A DNA stretch of 64,000 nucleotides from an uncultured Actinomycetota bacterium (GCA_963851405.1 CAWKPB010000007.1:421117-485116); one strand, 5' to 3'; counted from the first letter of the stretch, positions 10,067 through 20,723 are shown. Notes: generated by a model from the letters alone, not told the origin. Made by a program: numbers and translations.

Positions 10067-12274
10067 ATGGCCTCGTTCACTCGGTGGTGCTACCGCCACC
10101 GAAAGTTCGTCCTGTTCCTCTGGCTCGGACTATTCGTTGGCCTGGGAGCCATCGCCCAAGTCCGCGGCTCGGTCTACTCAGCCAACTTCGACCTCCCGGG
10201 CACCGACTCCGTGCGCGCCCTGGAGATCCTGCAGGAACGCGCACCCTCCTCCGCCGGCGACACCGCAGATGTCGTTTTCGCGGCGCTGGACGGTACGACG
10301 CTGCAGGACCCGGACAACCGAGCCCAGGTCGAGGACGCCCTCGCCGCACTCGCCGCCGACCCGATCGTCGCGCAGGTCACCGACCCGTACGGGCCACCGC
10401 AGCCGACCATCTCCGAGGACGGGCGGATCGGGCTTTCGACGCTGACGTTCGACGGGCTGGTGCAGGACCTGGACGTGGCCGACGTGCGCGGCGTCGTCGA
10501 CACCGCGAAGTCCTACGAGACCGACACTCTGCAGATCGAACTCGGCGGCCCCGGCATCCAATTCGCCACCCAAGCCCCGCCGCCCGCGACCGAACTGCTC
10601 GCCCTCGGCATCGCGGCCATCGTGTTGTTCTTCACCTTCGGCTCGATCGTGGCCAGCCTCATGCCGCTGCTGGTCGCCGTGATCGCGCTCGGCACCGGGC
10701 TGTCCGTCGTCGGTCTGCTCACCAACGTCATCGACGTTCCCGACTTCGCCCCGGTCCTCGCCTCGTTGATCGGCCTGGGGGTGGGCATCGACTACGCGTT
10801 GTTCGTGGTCACCCGATTCAGGAGCGGGCTGCACGCGGGGAAGAGCGTCGAGGACTCGATCGTCGAAGCCGGCGACACCTCTGGTCGCGCCGTCGTCTTC
10901 GCCGGCACCATCGTCGTCGTCTCGCTCATGGGGATGTTCCTGCTGCGCGTCAGTTTCCTGTACGGCGTCGCCCTCACCTCGGCCATCGTCGTCACCTCGA
11001 CCATGATCGCGGCGATCACGCTCCTGCCGGCCGTACTCGGCATGCTCGGCCCGCGCATCGACCGCTGGCGGCTAGGCCGCGCGGCGACCGCCACCGACCA
11101 CGCGGGTGAGAAGGGCTGGGCCCGCTGGTCGAGGTGGATCCAGCGCCGCCCGGTCGTCGCGGCGCTCATCGGTGGCGCGATCCTGATCGCCTTGTGCATC
11201 CCCGCCCTCGACCTGCGGCTCGGATCCAGCGATACGGGCAACGATCGTCCGGGCGCGACGACGCGTGAGGCGTACGACCTGTTGGCCGCCGGTTTCGGCC
11301 CCGGCTACAACGGGCCGTTCCTGTTGGTCGCGGACTTCCCCGAGGGCACCGACCCGGCGGTCCTCGAACCGCTGGTGATGATGCTGTCCGACGATGCCGA
11401 GGTCGCAACCGTGACCCCGATCGTCCCGCTGCCGTCGGGCGATACCGCGATCCTCACCGTCTACGGCAAGTCCGCGCCGCAAGCTGTGGAAACCGACGAG
11501 CTGTTGCAGCGCCTACGTGAAGACATCATCCCTGCGGCGACGGCGAATACGCCGGTCGTGGTCTACGTCGGTGGTCAGACGGCGATCTTCGCCGACTTCG
11601 GAGCCGTACTCACCGCGAAGTTGCCGCTGTTCTTCGGCGTCGTGGTCCTGATCTCGTTCCTGTTGCTCATGATGGTGTTCCGCTCGTTGTTGGTGCCCGC
11701 GAAGGCGGCGGTGATGAACCTGCTGTCAATCGGCGCGGCCTTCGGTGTCGTGGTGGTCATCTTCCAGTGGGGGTTCGGCGCCAACTTGCTCGACATCAAG
11801 GCCGGGCCGATCGAGTCCTTCCTGCCCGTGATGCTGTTCGCCATTCTGTTTGGGCTGTCGATGGACTACGAGGTCTTCCTCGTCTCGCGCATCCACGAGG
11901 AATGGGTGAAGACGCGCGACAACACCCTCGCCGTCACGCACGGCCTGGCCATGACCGGCCGGGTCATTACGGCCGCGGCGATGATCATGTTCGTCGTGTT
12001 CGGGTCGTTCGTGCTCGGCGGCGAACGCGTGATCCAGTTGTTCGGCATCGGTCTCGCGGTAGCGGTGCTCATCGACGCGACGGTCATCCGGTCGCTGCTC
12101 GTACCCGCTCTGATGCAGTTGTTCGGCAAGGCCAACTGGTGGCTGCCCGCCTGGATGGACAAGGCCCTGCCCAACCTGTCCATCGAGGGCAGCTCCTACG
12201 ACGATGTCGATCTGCTCGAGGACGCCGAAGCCATCGCCACCGGCCTCGCGTCCCCCGCCGCGCCCGCCGAATGA
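10067..12274 (+). CDS. MMPL/RND-family transporter
   Basis: GLGVGIDYALF and FGLSMDYEVF motifs, two sets of TM helices; the real start is MASF at 10067 and the upstream ORF extension overlaps menD. Confidence 0.93.
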   Translation: MASFTRWCYRHRKFVLFLWLGLFVGLGAIAQVRGSVYSANFDLPGTDSVRALEILQERAPSSAGDTADVVFAALDGTTLQDPDNRAQVEDALAALAADPIVAQVTDPYGPPQPTISEDGRIGLSTLTFDGLVQDLDVADVRGVVDTAKSYETDTLQIELGGPGIQFATQAPPPATELLALGIAAIVLFFTFGSIVASLMPLLVAVIALGTGLSVVGLLTNVIDVPDFAPVLASLIGLGVGIDYALFVVTRFRSGLHAGKSVEDSIVEAGDTSGRAVVFAGTIVVVSLMGMFLLRVSFLYGVALTSAIVVTSTMIAAITLLPAVLGMLGPRIDRWRLGRAATATDHAGEKGWARWSRWIQRRPVVAALIGGAILIALCIPALDLRLGSSDTGNDRPGATTREAYDLLAAGFGPGYNGPFLLVADFPEGTDPAVLEPLVMMLSDDAEVATVTPIVPLPSGDTAILTVYGKSAPQAVETDELLQRLREDIIPAATANTPVVVYVGGQTAIFADFGAVLTAKLPLFFGVVVLISFLLLMMVFRSLLVPAKAAVMNLLSIGAAFGVVVVIFQWGFGANLLDIKAGPIESFLPVMLFAILFGLSMDYEVFLVSRIHEEWVKTRDNTLAVTHGLAMTGRVITAAAMIMFVVFGSFVLGGERVIQLFGIGLAVAVLIDATVIRSLLVPALMQLFGKANWWLPAWMDKALPNLSIEGSSYDDVDLLEDAEAIATGLASPAAPAE

Positions 12275-12324
12275 CGGGAAGGCGACCCTTTCGCCCCGAA
12301 AGAGCGTCCGCTTCTCGGCATTCG
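12268..12324. repeat. 57-bp palindromic element, copy B
   Basis: CGAATGACGGGAAGGCGACCCTTTCGCCCCGAAAGAGCGTCCGCTTCTCGGCATTCG; flanked by C and C. Confidence 0.9.
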
Positions 12325-12329
12325 CCGGG

Positions 12330-13208
12330 CTAGGGGCGGACGTAGGACGCCACGAGAGCGATGAGCTGCTCGGGCCGGCGCATGAGGTCGTCGGCCGTCA
12401 CGTGTAGGACTGTCCAGCCCTCGGCGGTGAGCAGGTTGCGGCGCCGGAGATCGGCTCGGCGCTGGCGTTCGTCCAGATGGCCGCGCCCGTCGTACTCCAC
12501 GATCAGCCGTGCTGCCGCATAGATCAGGTCGGCGCAGGCCAGCCAGTCACCGTCGGCGTCGAGGATGTCGCCGTTGACGTCGCTGGGCGGGAGGCCGGCT
12601 CGCACCAGGATCACGCGCACCCGACTTTCCATCGGCGAGGCCGATCGTGGGTCCAGCAAACCCATGGCGAGCCGCGCTCGTACGACTCCTCGCCGCCCCC
12701 TGCCCCACCGCACGACGCGCTCCAGCTCGCCCGCAGTGGCGTGGCCGCGTCGCAGCATCGCGTCGCCGAGCGCGACCAGGTCGCAGAGGTCGAGCTCTGC
12801 GGCGCGGTCGAGGAAGGTACGAGCCGGCGTTGTCGTCAGCCCGTACGGCCCCGAGGTGAGCTGCCAGCGCGGGAGCCGTTCAACGTGGTTGACCAGGCCT
12901 TGGCGATCAGAGCGGCTGAGGCCGACCTTGGTCGTGACGTGGGGCTGCTGGGGGTCGCTCTCGCCGACACCGAGCGGAAGCCGGAGCACGGCCACGGCCG
13001 ACGCGTGGCTGAGGGCGCCGCGCCGTACGACAAGCAGGGCGGCGTGGGCTAGCACGTCGTGCGTGAGGGGCAGGTCGCTGCAGACGTAGGCGTCCTTGAG
13101 CAGGCGCCTGAACCGTCGGCCGCGCAACATGCGCGGAGTGACGTCGTACGTGGCAGCCGTGGCGCGGGTGAAGGGGCACGACGCGAGCGCGTCGGGGATC
13201 GGGCGCAT
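12330..13208 (-). CDS. AbiEi-like N-terminal region plus DUF559/Vsr-like endonuclease domain protein
   Basis: LSHASA and TTPARTFLD (AbiEi-like); SPMESRVR, ADLIY, VEYDGRGH and DLRRRNLL..EGWTVLHVT (DUF559-like). ATG 13208 follows a -10-like CAGGGT by 7 nt. Confidence 0.85.
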   Translation of the reverse strand: MRPIPDALASCPFTRATAATYDVTPRMLRGRRFRRLLKDAYVCSDLPLTHDVLAHAALLVVRRGALSHASAVAVLRLPLGVGESDPQQPHVTTKVGLSRSDRQGLVNHVERLPRWQLTSGPYGLTTTPARTFLDRAAELDLCDLVALGDAMLRRGHATAGELERVVRWGRGRRGVVRARLAMGLLDPRSASPMESRVRVILVRAGLPPSDVNGDILDADGDWLACADLIYAAARLIVEYDGRGHLDERQRRADLRRRNLLTAEGWTVLHVTADDLMRRPEQLIALVASYVRP

Positions 13209-13315
13209 CCGTAGGACCCTGCGCCGCGGACGTTCGACCGCCAACCAGCGCGGGCGTATCTGGGGATGGCGAGGCCCCTGGGGACGGCCAGCTGCTAGGG
13301 GCCGGACCCCAGGGC

Positions 13316-13372
13316 CGAGTGCGGGGAAGTTGTCGCTTTTGCCGCAGCAAAGCGTCCCCTTCTCGGCATTCG
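13316..13372. repeat. 57-bp palindromic element, copy C
   Basis: CGAGTGCGGGGAAGTTGTCGCTTTTGCCGCAGCAAAGCGTCCCCTTCTCGGCATTCG; flanked by C and C. Confidence 0.9.
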
Positions 13373-13385
13373 CCGGGGCGGCGGC

Positions 13386-13438
13386 GGGGGCTGGGGGGCT
13401 GGGGGCGCTGGGGGCGCTGGGGGAACTGGGGGCGCTGG
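13386..13438 (+). repeat. G-rich 9-bp tandem repeat (CTGGGGGCG, about 5 degenerate units)
   Basis: Read directly between element C and the menF stop. Confidence 0.8.
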
Positions 13439-14776
13439 TTAGGGGCTGAGGGCGTCGCGCATCGCGACGAACTTGGCCTGCGCCTCGGCAAGCTCGGCCT
13501 CGGGATCGGAGCCCGCGACGATCCCGCACCCGGCAAACAAGCGCACGCGCGACCCCGTGACCTCACCGCAGCGCAGCGCGATCCCGAGTTCGCCGTCGCC
13601 GTCGGCGCTGATCCACCCCACCGGCCCGGCATAGCGCCCGCGGTCCATACCCTCGAGCTCGCGGATCTGGGCCAGCGCGGCCTCGCGCGGCGTCCCGCAC
13701 ACGGCCGCCGACGGGTGCAGCGCCGCCGCGAGGGTCAACGCCGTCGAGCCGTCGCGTACGACCCCGGTCACGTCCGTGGCCAGGTGCATCACGTTGGGCA
13801 GGTGCAGGACGTACGGCGCCTCGGGCACGTTCGTGGACGAGCAGTGCGGCGCGAGCGCCTCAGCCACGGACCGTACGGCGTATTCGTGCTCCTCGAGGTC
13901 CTTGCTGGACCGAGCCAGCGATCCGGCGAGCGCCAGGTCGCGGAGGTCGTCGCCGGTTCGCCGGATCGTCCCGGCGAGCACCCGCGAGGTAACCAGCCCC
14001 TGGTGCAGGCGGACCAACATCTCCGGTGTTGCACCGACCAGGCCGTCGACGTGGAAGGCCCAGCACGCCTCGTAGTCGGCGGCCAGCCGTTCGAGCGGCC
14101 AGCGCACATCCAGCGGCTCACCGGCCTCGGCGACCAGGTCGCGCGCCAGCACGACCTTCTCCAGGTCGCCAGACGCGATGAGTGCCACCGCGTCGGCTAC
14201 CGCCGCGGTCCACTCCGCTCCGGACCGGCTGCCCTCGGCGAACGCCACGTCCGGCGGCCGGACGACCGGGTCGGGGTTGGGCGCCAGGGCCACGGTTTCG
14301 GGTAGTTGATCGTCGCCCACCGTCGTGACGAAGCAGCGTCCACCGCGGCGGCCCACCACCACGCGGGGTACGACGAGCACCGAGGTCACGGCTGCTCTCG
14401 CCTCGGCTGCGAGGTCGTCGACGGTGTTGCGGTCGGAACTGGCGTCGTCGGCGAAGGCGAACGACGCAAAGGCGGTGAGGCCACTGCCGGTCAGCCCGAC
14501 CTCGTCCCGTACGACCGCATGGGCCACGACCTGGGACCACCACGCTTCGGCCTGCGCGAACCGCATCGGCCCGGAGACCTCGAGCCTGGCCGCGCACCCC
14601 CAACCTACGAGTCCCTCGCCGTGCTGGAGCCAGGCGAGGGCGCCTTCGCGGGGCAGCAGTGAGACGAGCGGTCCGGGGTCCTCGACTTCGACCGTGCGCG
14701 CCACGAGCCGCGGGCCAGCAGCGAGCCTGGGGCTGGCCGTGAGCCGAGGGGGCTCCGAGGGAAGGGCACTGCTCAC
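13439..14776 (-). CDS. menF: Isochorismate synthase
   Basis: EKVVLARD, GATPE, LAGT, EHEY, LHPSAAVCG, RGRYAGPVG, ALRC and FAGCGIV..S..E chorismate-binding motifs; GTG 14776 follows TAGGCT by 8 nt. Confidence 0.9.
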   Translation of the reverse strand: MSSALPSEPPRLTASPRLAAGPRLVARTVEVEDPGPLVSLLPREGALAWLQHGEGLVGWGCAARLEVSGPMRFAQAEAWWSQVVAHAVVRDEVGLTGSGLTAFASFAFADDASSDRNTVDDLAAEARAAVTSVLVVPRVVVGRRGGRCFVTTVGDDQLPETVALAPNPDPVVRPPDVAFAEGSRSGAEWTAAVADAVALIASGDLEKVVLARDLVAEAGEPLDVRWPLERLAADYEACWAFHVDGLVGATPEMLVRLHQGLVTSRVLAGTIRRTGDDLRDLALAGSLARSSKDLEEHEYAVRSVAEALAPHCSSTNVPEAPYVLHLPNVMHLATDVTGVVRDGSTALTLAAALHPSAAVCGTPREAALAQIRELEGMDRGRYAGPVGWISADGDGELGIALRCGEVTGSRVRLFAGCGIVAGSDPEAELAEAQAKFVAMRDALSP

Positions 14777-14830
14777 AGCCGACAAGCCTAGGCCTGATGC
14801 GGGGGCCGCACCTCCGGAGCCCTCGCTCTT

Positions 14831-14863
14831 CCGCCTCACTGCCGCCTCACTGCCGCCTCACTG
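14831..14863 (+). repeat. 11-bp tandem repeat CCGCCTCACTG x3
   Basis: Three exact units immediately left of element D. Confidence 0.9.
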
Positions 14864-14870
14864 CCGCCCG

Positions 14871-14927
14871 CGAATGCCGAGAAGGTGACCGTTCTTGGCG
14901 CAGAAAGGGTCTCTTTCGCGGCATTCG
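14871..14927. repeat. 57-bp palindromic element, copy D
   Basis: CGAATGCCGAGAAGGTGACCGTTCTTGGCGCAGAAAGGGTCTCTTTCGCGGCATTCG; flanked by G and G. Confidence 0.9.
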
Positions 14928-14938
14928 GCGGACGAGCG

Positions 14939-14981
14939 CGGCGGGGGTACGGCACGCGGACGGCGGGGGTACGGCGCGCGG
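14939..14981 (+). repeat. 22-bp tandem duplication
   Basis: CGGCGGGGGTACGGCACGCGGA followed by CGGCGGGGGTACGGCGCGCGG, right of element D. Confidence 0.85.
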
Positions 14982-15086
14982 CGGGCCCGGCGCGCGCGCG
15001 TTCGGCTCCTCACCGGATGGAGTTCCGGTAGCGTCGGCCCAAGCCCGCCCTCGACCGTCGGCGGACGCGCCGCGAGGAGTATCCGG

Positions 15087-15332
15087 ATGAGCATCTTTGA
15101 CATGGCGCCGCTGTTCGCCATCTCCGTCGCTGTCCTGGCGCTGTTCGCCTTGCTGATGCTGTTCGCATCCAACGTGAGCACGGGTCACAAGGTGCTATGG
15201 GTGATCTTGATCCTCGTCCTGCCGTTCATCGGCTCGGTGGCCTACTTCATCGTCCATGGCACAGGCGCTCCCGCGAGCGACGACATCGCGCACGACAACC
15301 AAAGCGCGACGCGTAACCGCTACACGGCCTGA
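15087..15332 (+). CDS. Small membrane protein, PLDc_N-like domain
   Basis: Two TM helices with the KVLWVILILVLPFIGSVAYF signature; GAGGAG SD 7 nt before ATG 15087. Confidence 0.75.
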   Translation: MSIFDMAPLFAISVAVLALFALLMLFASNVSTGHKVLWVILILVLPFIGSVAYFIVHGTGAPASDDIAHDNQSATRNRYTA

Positions 15333-15395
15333 CGTCCAGCGCGGCGGCACGCCCGTACGGAGGATTCCGGCCGCCCGTGGCAGGCTGAGCGCGCC

Positions 15396-16091
15396 ATGAC
15401 CCGCGCCCAGCTCGACAAGGACCCGCACGACGTCGCCGCGATGTTCGACGACGTCGCGCCGCGCTATGACCTGACCAACGACGTGCTGTCGCTGGGCCAG
15501 ACCCGGCGTTGGCGCCGAGCGGTGGCCGCTGCCGTTGATGCCCAGCCCGGTGAACGCATCCTCGACCTGGCCGCGGGGACCGGGTCGAGCAGCGAACCGT
15601 TCGACGTCGCCGGCGCGGAGGTCGTGCCGTGTGATTTCTCCCTGGGCATGCTCAGCGTCGGCAAGAGGCGCCAGCCCCGACTCGCCTTCACCGCCGGTGA
15701 CGCGCTCCAGTTGCCGTTCGCCGTCGCTACCTTCGATGCGGTCACGATCAGCTTCGGCCTGCGCAACGTCGCCGACCCCGACGCGGCGCTGGCCGAACTG
15801 CTGCGGGTCACCAGGCCCGGGGGGCGGCTGGTCGTCTGCGAGTTCAGCCATCCGACGTGGTCGCCGTTCCGCACGCTGTACGTGGAGTACCTCATGCGCG
15901 CCCTGCCCCCGACCGCGCGGGCGGTCAGTTCCAACCCCGATGCCTACGTCTACCTGGCCGAGTCGATTCGAGCCTGGCCCGACCAGCCTGCACTGGCCGC
16001 CCGGATCGGGGCTGCCGGCTGGAGCCGTACGGCCTGGCGGGACCTCAGCGGTGGCATCGTCACGCTGCACCGAGCCATCCGCGCAGCCTGA
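15396..16091 (+). CDS. menG: Demethylmenaquinone methyltransferase
   Basis: [30 protein letters not shown] and YVYLAESI (UbiE/MenG). Confidence 0.95.
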   Translation: MTRAQLDKDPHDVAAMFDDVAPRYDLTNDVLSLGQTRRWRRAVAAAVDAQPGERILDLAAGTGSSSEPFDVAGAEVVPCDFSLGMLSVGKRRQPRLAFTAGDALQLPFAVATFDAVTISFGLRNVADPDAALAELLRVTRPGGRLVVCEFSHPTWSPFRTLYVEYLMRALPPTARAVSSNPDAYVYLAESIRAWPDQPALAARIGAAGWSRTAWRDLSGGIVTLHRAIRAA

Positions 16092-16127
16092 CCTCCGGCG
16101 CCGACGAAGGTCGAGAGGCAGCCCCCG

Positions 16128-16184
16128 CGAGTGCTGGGAAGCGGCCCCTTTTCTCGACAGAAAGGGTCCCTTTCTCTGCACTCG
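16128..16184. repeat. 57-bp palindromic element, copy E
   Basis: CGAGTGCTGGGAAGCGGCCCCTTTTCTCGACAGAAAGGGTCCCTTTCTCTGCACTCG; flanked by G and G. Confidence 0.9.
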
Positions 16185-16205
16185 GCAGGAGGTGGCGGGA
16201 GGGCC

Positions 16206-16240
16206 TAGGATGAGCCAGGACTTCGTGAAAGTTTTCACGA
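16206..16240 (+). promoter_or_regulatory. -10 box (TAGGAT) and Rex-type operator upstream of menJ-nuo
   Basis: TCGTGAA-AGTT-TTCACGA at 16223-16240 fits the Rex operator pattern TTGTGAA-N4-TTCACAA. Confidence 0.75.
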
Positions 16241-16312
16241 GCACCCCTCCACACCCCAGCGCCCCCGCATCTTCGTACCCCCCGCCCGGCCCCTTCCCGC
16301 TAGGACCCCGCG

Positions 16313-17614
16313 ATGACCCCCACTGCTCCCGCCTCGGGGCACGACGCCGACGTCATTGTCGTAGGAGCCGGGCCGTCCGGATCCACCACCGCCTTCCACC
16401 TCGCGCAGGCTGGCCTCGACGTCCTGCTGCTCGAGAAGACCGCCTTTCCCCGTGAAAAGGTGTGTGGCGACGGGTTGACCCCCCGGGCGGTCAAGCAGCT
16501 GATCGCGTTGGGCATCGAGACCGACCCGGCGAACGGGTGGGTCCACAACCAGGGGCTGCGCATCGTGGGCGGCGGCCACCGACTCGAGCTGCGCTGGCCG
16601 GACCTGGCGACCTTCCCCGACTACGGGCTGGTGCGCACCCGGCTGGACTTCGACGAGATCCTGGCCCGGCAGGCCGTCAAGGCCGGAGCGCGCCTGCACG
16701 AACGCACCACCGTGACCGGACCGGTCACCGATCCGCGCACCGGACGCATCCTCGGGGTCACCGCCCGCGCCATCGAGGAAGACGGCACCCGCGGCCCTGA
16801 GACCACCTACCGCGCGCCGCTCGTTATCGCTGCCGACGGCAACTCCACCCGGCTGTCGCTCGCCATGGGCCTGCGCAAGCGCGACGATCGGCCGATGGGC
16901 GTCGCCGTACGCACCTACTACGCGAGCCCGCGCCACGACGACGACTGGCTGGAGTCCTGGCTGGAGCTCTGGGACGGCACCGGCCCGGGCCGCAAGCTGC
17001 TGCCGGGGTACGGCTGGATCTTCGGGGTCGGTGACGGCACCGTCAACGTCGGCCTGGGCATCCTCAACACCAGCGACGCCTTCGGCCATGTCGACTACAA
17101 GGACCTGCTCAAGCGCTGGCTCGACCAGACGCCCGAGGAGTGGGGCTTGCGCGACGAGAACATGACCCAGCCGGTACGCGGTGCGGCCCTGCCCATGGGC
17201 TTCAATCGCACCCCCCACTACACCCGGGGCCTGCTCCTGGTCGGCGACGCGGGCGGCATGGTCAACCCCTTCAACGGGGAAGGCATCGCCTACGCGATGG
17301 AATCGGCGACCCTCGCTGCGGACATCGTCATTCAGGCCCTCGCCCGCCCGGACGGTCCCTCTCGCGAGCTGGCGCTCGAGGGTTACCCGACGGCACTGAA
17401 GCAGGCGTACGGGGGCTACTACACCCTGGGACGCGTCTTCGTGAAGGCGATCGGGCAGCCCGAGGTGATGAAGTTGGCGACGAAGTACGGGCTCCCGCGG
17501 CACACGCTGATGCGGTTCACTTTGAAGCTGCTGGCCAACCTGACCGACCCCCGCGACGGCGACGCCATGGACCGCGTGATCAACGGTTTGACCCGGCTCA
17601 CCCCAGCAGCCTGA
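16313..17614 (+). CDS. menJ: Geranylgeranyl-reductase family menaquinone reductase
   Basis: GAGPSG, FPREKVCGDG, GYGWIF and GDAGGMVNPFNGEGI; located between menG and nuoA. Confidence 0.85.
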   Translation: MTPTAPASGHDADVIVVGAGPSGSTTAFHLAQAGLDVLLLEKTAFPREKVCGDGLTPRAVKQLIALGIETDPANGWVHNQGLRIVGGGHRLELRWPDLATFPDYGLVRTRLDFDEILARQAVKAGARLHERTTVTGPVTDPRTGRILGVTARAIEEDGTRGPETTYRAPLVIAADGNSTRLSLAMGLRKRDDRPMGVAVRTYYASPRHDDDWLESWLELWDGTGPGRKLLPGYGWIFGVGDGTVNVGLGILNTSDAFGHVDYKDLLKRWLDQTPEEWGLRDENMTQPVRGAALPMGFNRTPHYTRGLLLVGDAGGMVNPFNGEGIAYAMESATLAADIVIQALARPDGPSRELALEGYPTALKQAYGGYYTLGRVFVKAIGQPEVMKLATKYGLPRHTLMRFTLKLLANLTDPRDGDAMDRVINGLTRLTPAA

Positions 17615-17676
17615 ACCGGTCCTAGGATGATCGCGGCCCACCCCCGGGGCGCCGAACGAGGAGAGGAGCGTACGAC

Positions 17677-18036
17677 GTGTCGTTAGTCGTCCCCATCCTC
17701 TGGCTCGGCGCCATCGCCTTGGGCTTCGCGCTCTTCTCGATCCTCGCCGGCTACCTGAGCGGGCCGCGTCGCTACAACCGCGCGCGCCTCGACTCCTATG
17801 AGTGCGGCATCGAGCCGACCACTCAGGCGGTGGGCGGCGGACGCATCCCGGTGAAGTACTACCTGACCGCGATGCTCTTCATCGTCTTCGACATCGAAAT
17901 CGTGTTCCTCTACCCCTGGGCCGTCGCCTTCGATGCGCTCGGGGTGTTCGGTCTCATCGAGATGGGCCTGTTCATCATGACCCTGGGTGTCGCCTACGCC
18001 TACGTCTGGCGCCGTGGGGGTCTGGAGTGGGACTGA
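17677..18036 (+). CDS. nuoA: NADH-quinone oxidoreductase subunit A
   Basis: YECG and FIVFDIEIVFLYPWA. Confidence 0.96.
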   Translation: MSLVVPILWLGAIALGFALFSILAGYLSGPRRYNRARLDSYECGIEPTTQAVGGGRIPVKYYLTAMLFIVFDIEIVFLYPWAVAFDALGVFGLIEMGLFIMTLGVAYAYVWRRGGLEWD

Positions 18037-18065
18037 TGACCGCCACCGAAAGGTGTGAGCGCTAG

Positions 18066-18620
18066 ATGGGCGTCGAAGAGCAACTCCCCAGCGGAGTGCT
18101 GCTGACCTCGGTCGAGCTGCTCGCTGGGTACATGCGCAAGAACTCCTTGTGGCCAGCCACTTTCGGCCTCGCCTGCTGCGCCATCGAGATGATGGCGACC
18201 GGCGCTGGGCGGTACGACCTGGCCCGCTTCGGCATGGAGGTCTTCCGCGCCTCGCCACGCCAAGCCGACCTGATGATCGTCGCCGGCCGGGTCAGTCAGA
18301 AGATGGCCCCGATCCTGCGCCAGATCTACGACCAGATGGCCGGCCCGAAGTGGGTGCTGTCGATGGGTGCCTGCGCCTCGTCGGGTGGGATGTTCAACAA
18401 CTACGCGATCGTGCAGGGCGTCGACCACGTCGTCCCCGTCGACATCTACCTGCCGGGCTGCCCGCCGCGCCCGGAGATGCTGATGGACGCGATTCTCAAG
18501 CTGCACGACCAGATCCAGCGCGAGAAGCTCGGCCCGCACCGCCGGGCCCAGGTCGCTGAACTCGAGCAGGCCGCGCTGATCGCCCCTCCGACGTCGTCGA
18601 TGAAGGGCCTGTTGCGGTGA
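18066..18620 (+). CDS. nuoB: NADH-quinone oxidoreductase subunit B
   Basis: [18 protein letters not shown] and PGCPPRPE. Confidence 0.97.
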   Translation: MGVEEQLPSGVLLTSVELLAGYMRKNSLWPATFGLACCAIEMMATGAGRYDLARFGMEVFRASPRQADLMIVAGRVSQKMAPILRQIYDQMAGPKWVLSMGACASSGGMFNNYAIVQGVDHVVPVDIYLPGCPPRPEMLMDAILKLHDQIQREKLGPHRRAQVAELEQAALIAPPTSSMKGLLR

Positions 18621-19318
18621 GTGATTCCCAGCTCCCCGCCGCGATGGCGGAGACCGCCGGTGAACCCACCTCGGAGGTCGTCGGTCACCGCAGTGGCATG
18701 TTCGGCGTCCACGGCACGGGTGACACCTCAGGTTTCGGCGGGCTCGCCCGCGCCGTCGAGGTGCCGCTGTCCAGCCCCCGGCCGTTCGGTGGCTATTTCG
18801 ACGACGTCGCCGACACGGTCGCGCGGGTACTTCCCGACCACGACGCAGCCGTCGAAGCCGTGCTCTGCGCGCAGGACGAACTCACCTTCCACGTCCGGCG
18901 CGAGCACCTGCTGGCGTTCATGCAGACGATGCGTGACGACCCGGACCTGCGCTTCGAGATGTGCATGGGCGTCAACGGTGTGCACTACCCCGACCAGGAA
19001 GGCCGCGAACTGCACGCGGTGTTCCCGTTGCTCAGCTACACGCACAACCGTCGGGCCCGCGTCGAGGTGGCCGTGCCGGACGCCGACCCGCACCTGCCGA
19101 GCGTGGTCTCGGTCTATCCGGGCAACGACTGGCACGAGCGCGAGACCTACGACTTCTTCGGCCTCATCTTCGACGGGCACCCGGCGTTGACGCGCATCCA
19201 GATGCCGGACGACTGGCCCGGCCATCCGCAGCGCAAGGACTACCCGCTGGGTGGGATCCCGGTCGAATACAAGGGTGCCGAGGTCCCGCCGCCGGACCAG
19301 CCGGAGGGCGTACTCCTG

Positions 19319-19319
<1 letters not shown>
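18617..19319 (+). CDS. nuoC: NADH-quinone oxidoreductase subunit C (extra base near 19301 fuses it to nuoD)
   Basis: [11 protein letters not shown] and [10 protein letters not shown]; the corrected end QRRAYS-TGA overlaps the nuoD ATG (TGATG 19317-19321). Confidence 0.92.

Positions 19320-20723
<1,404 letters not shown>

Noticed and set aside
9940-16184. 57-bp repeats as a CRISPR array
   Set aside because: Copies are divergent and separated by whole genes (1-2.3 kb), not 30-40 bp spacers; no cas genes are present.
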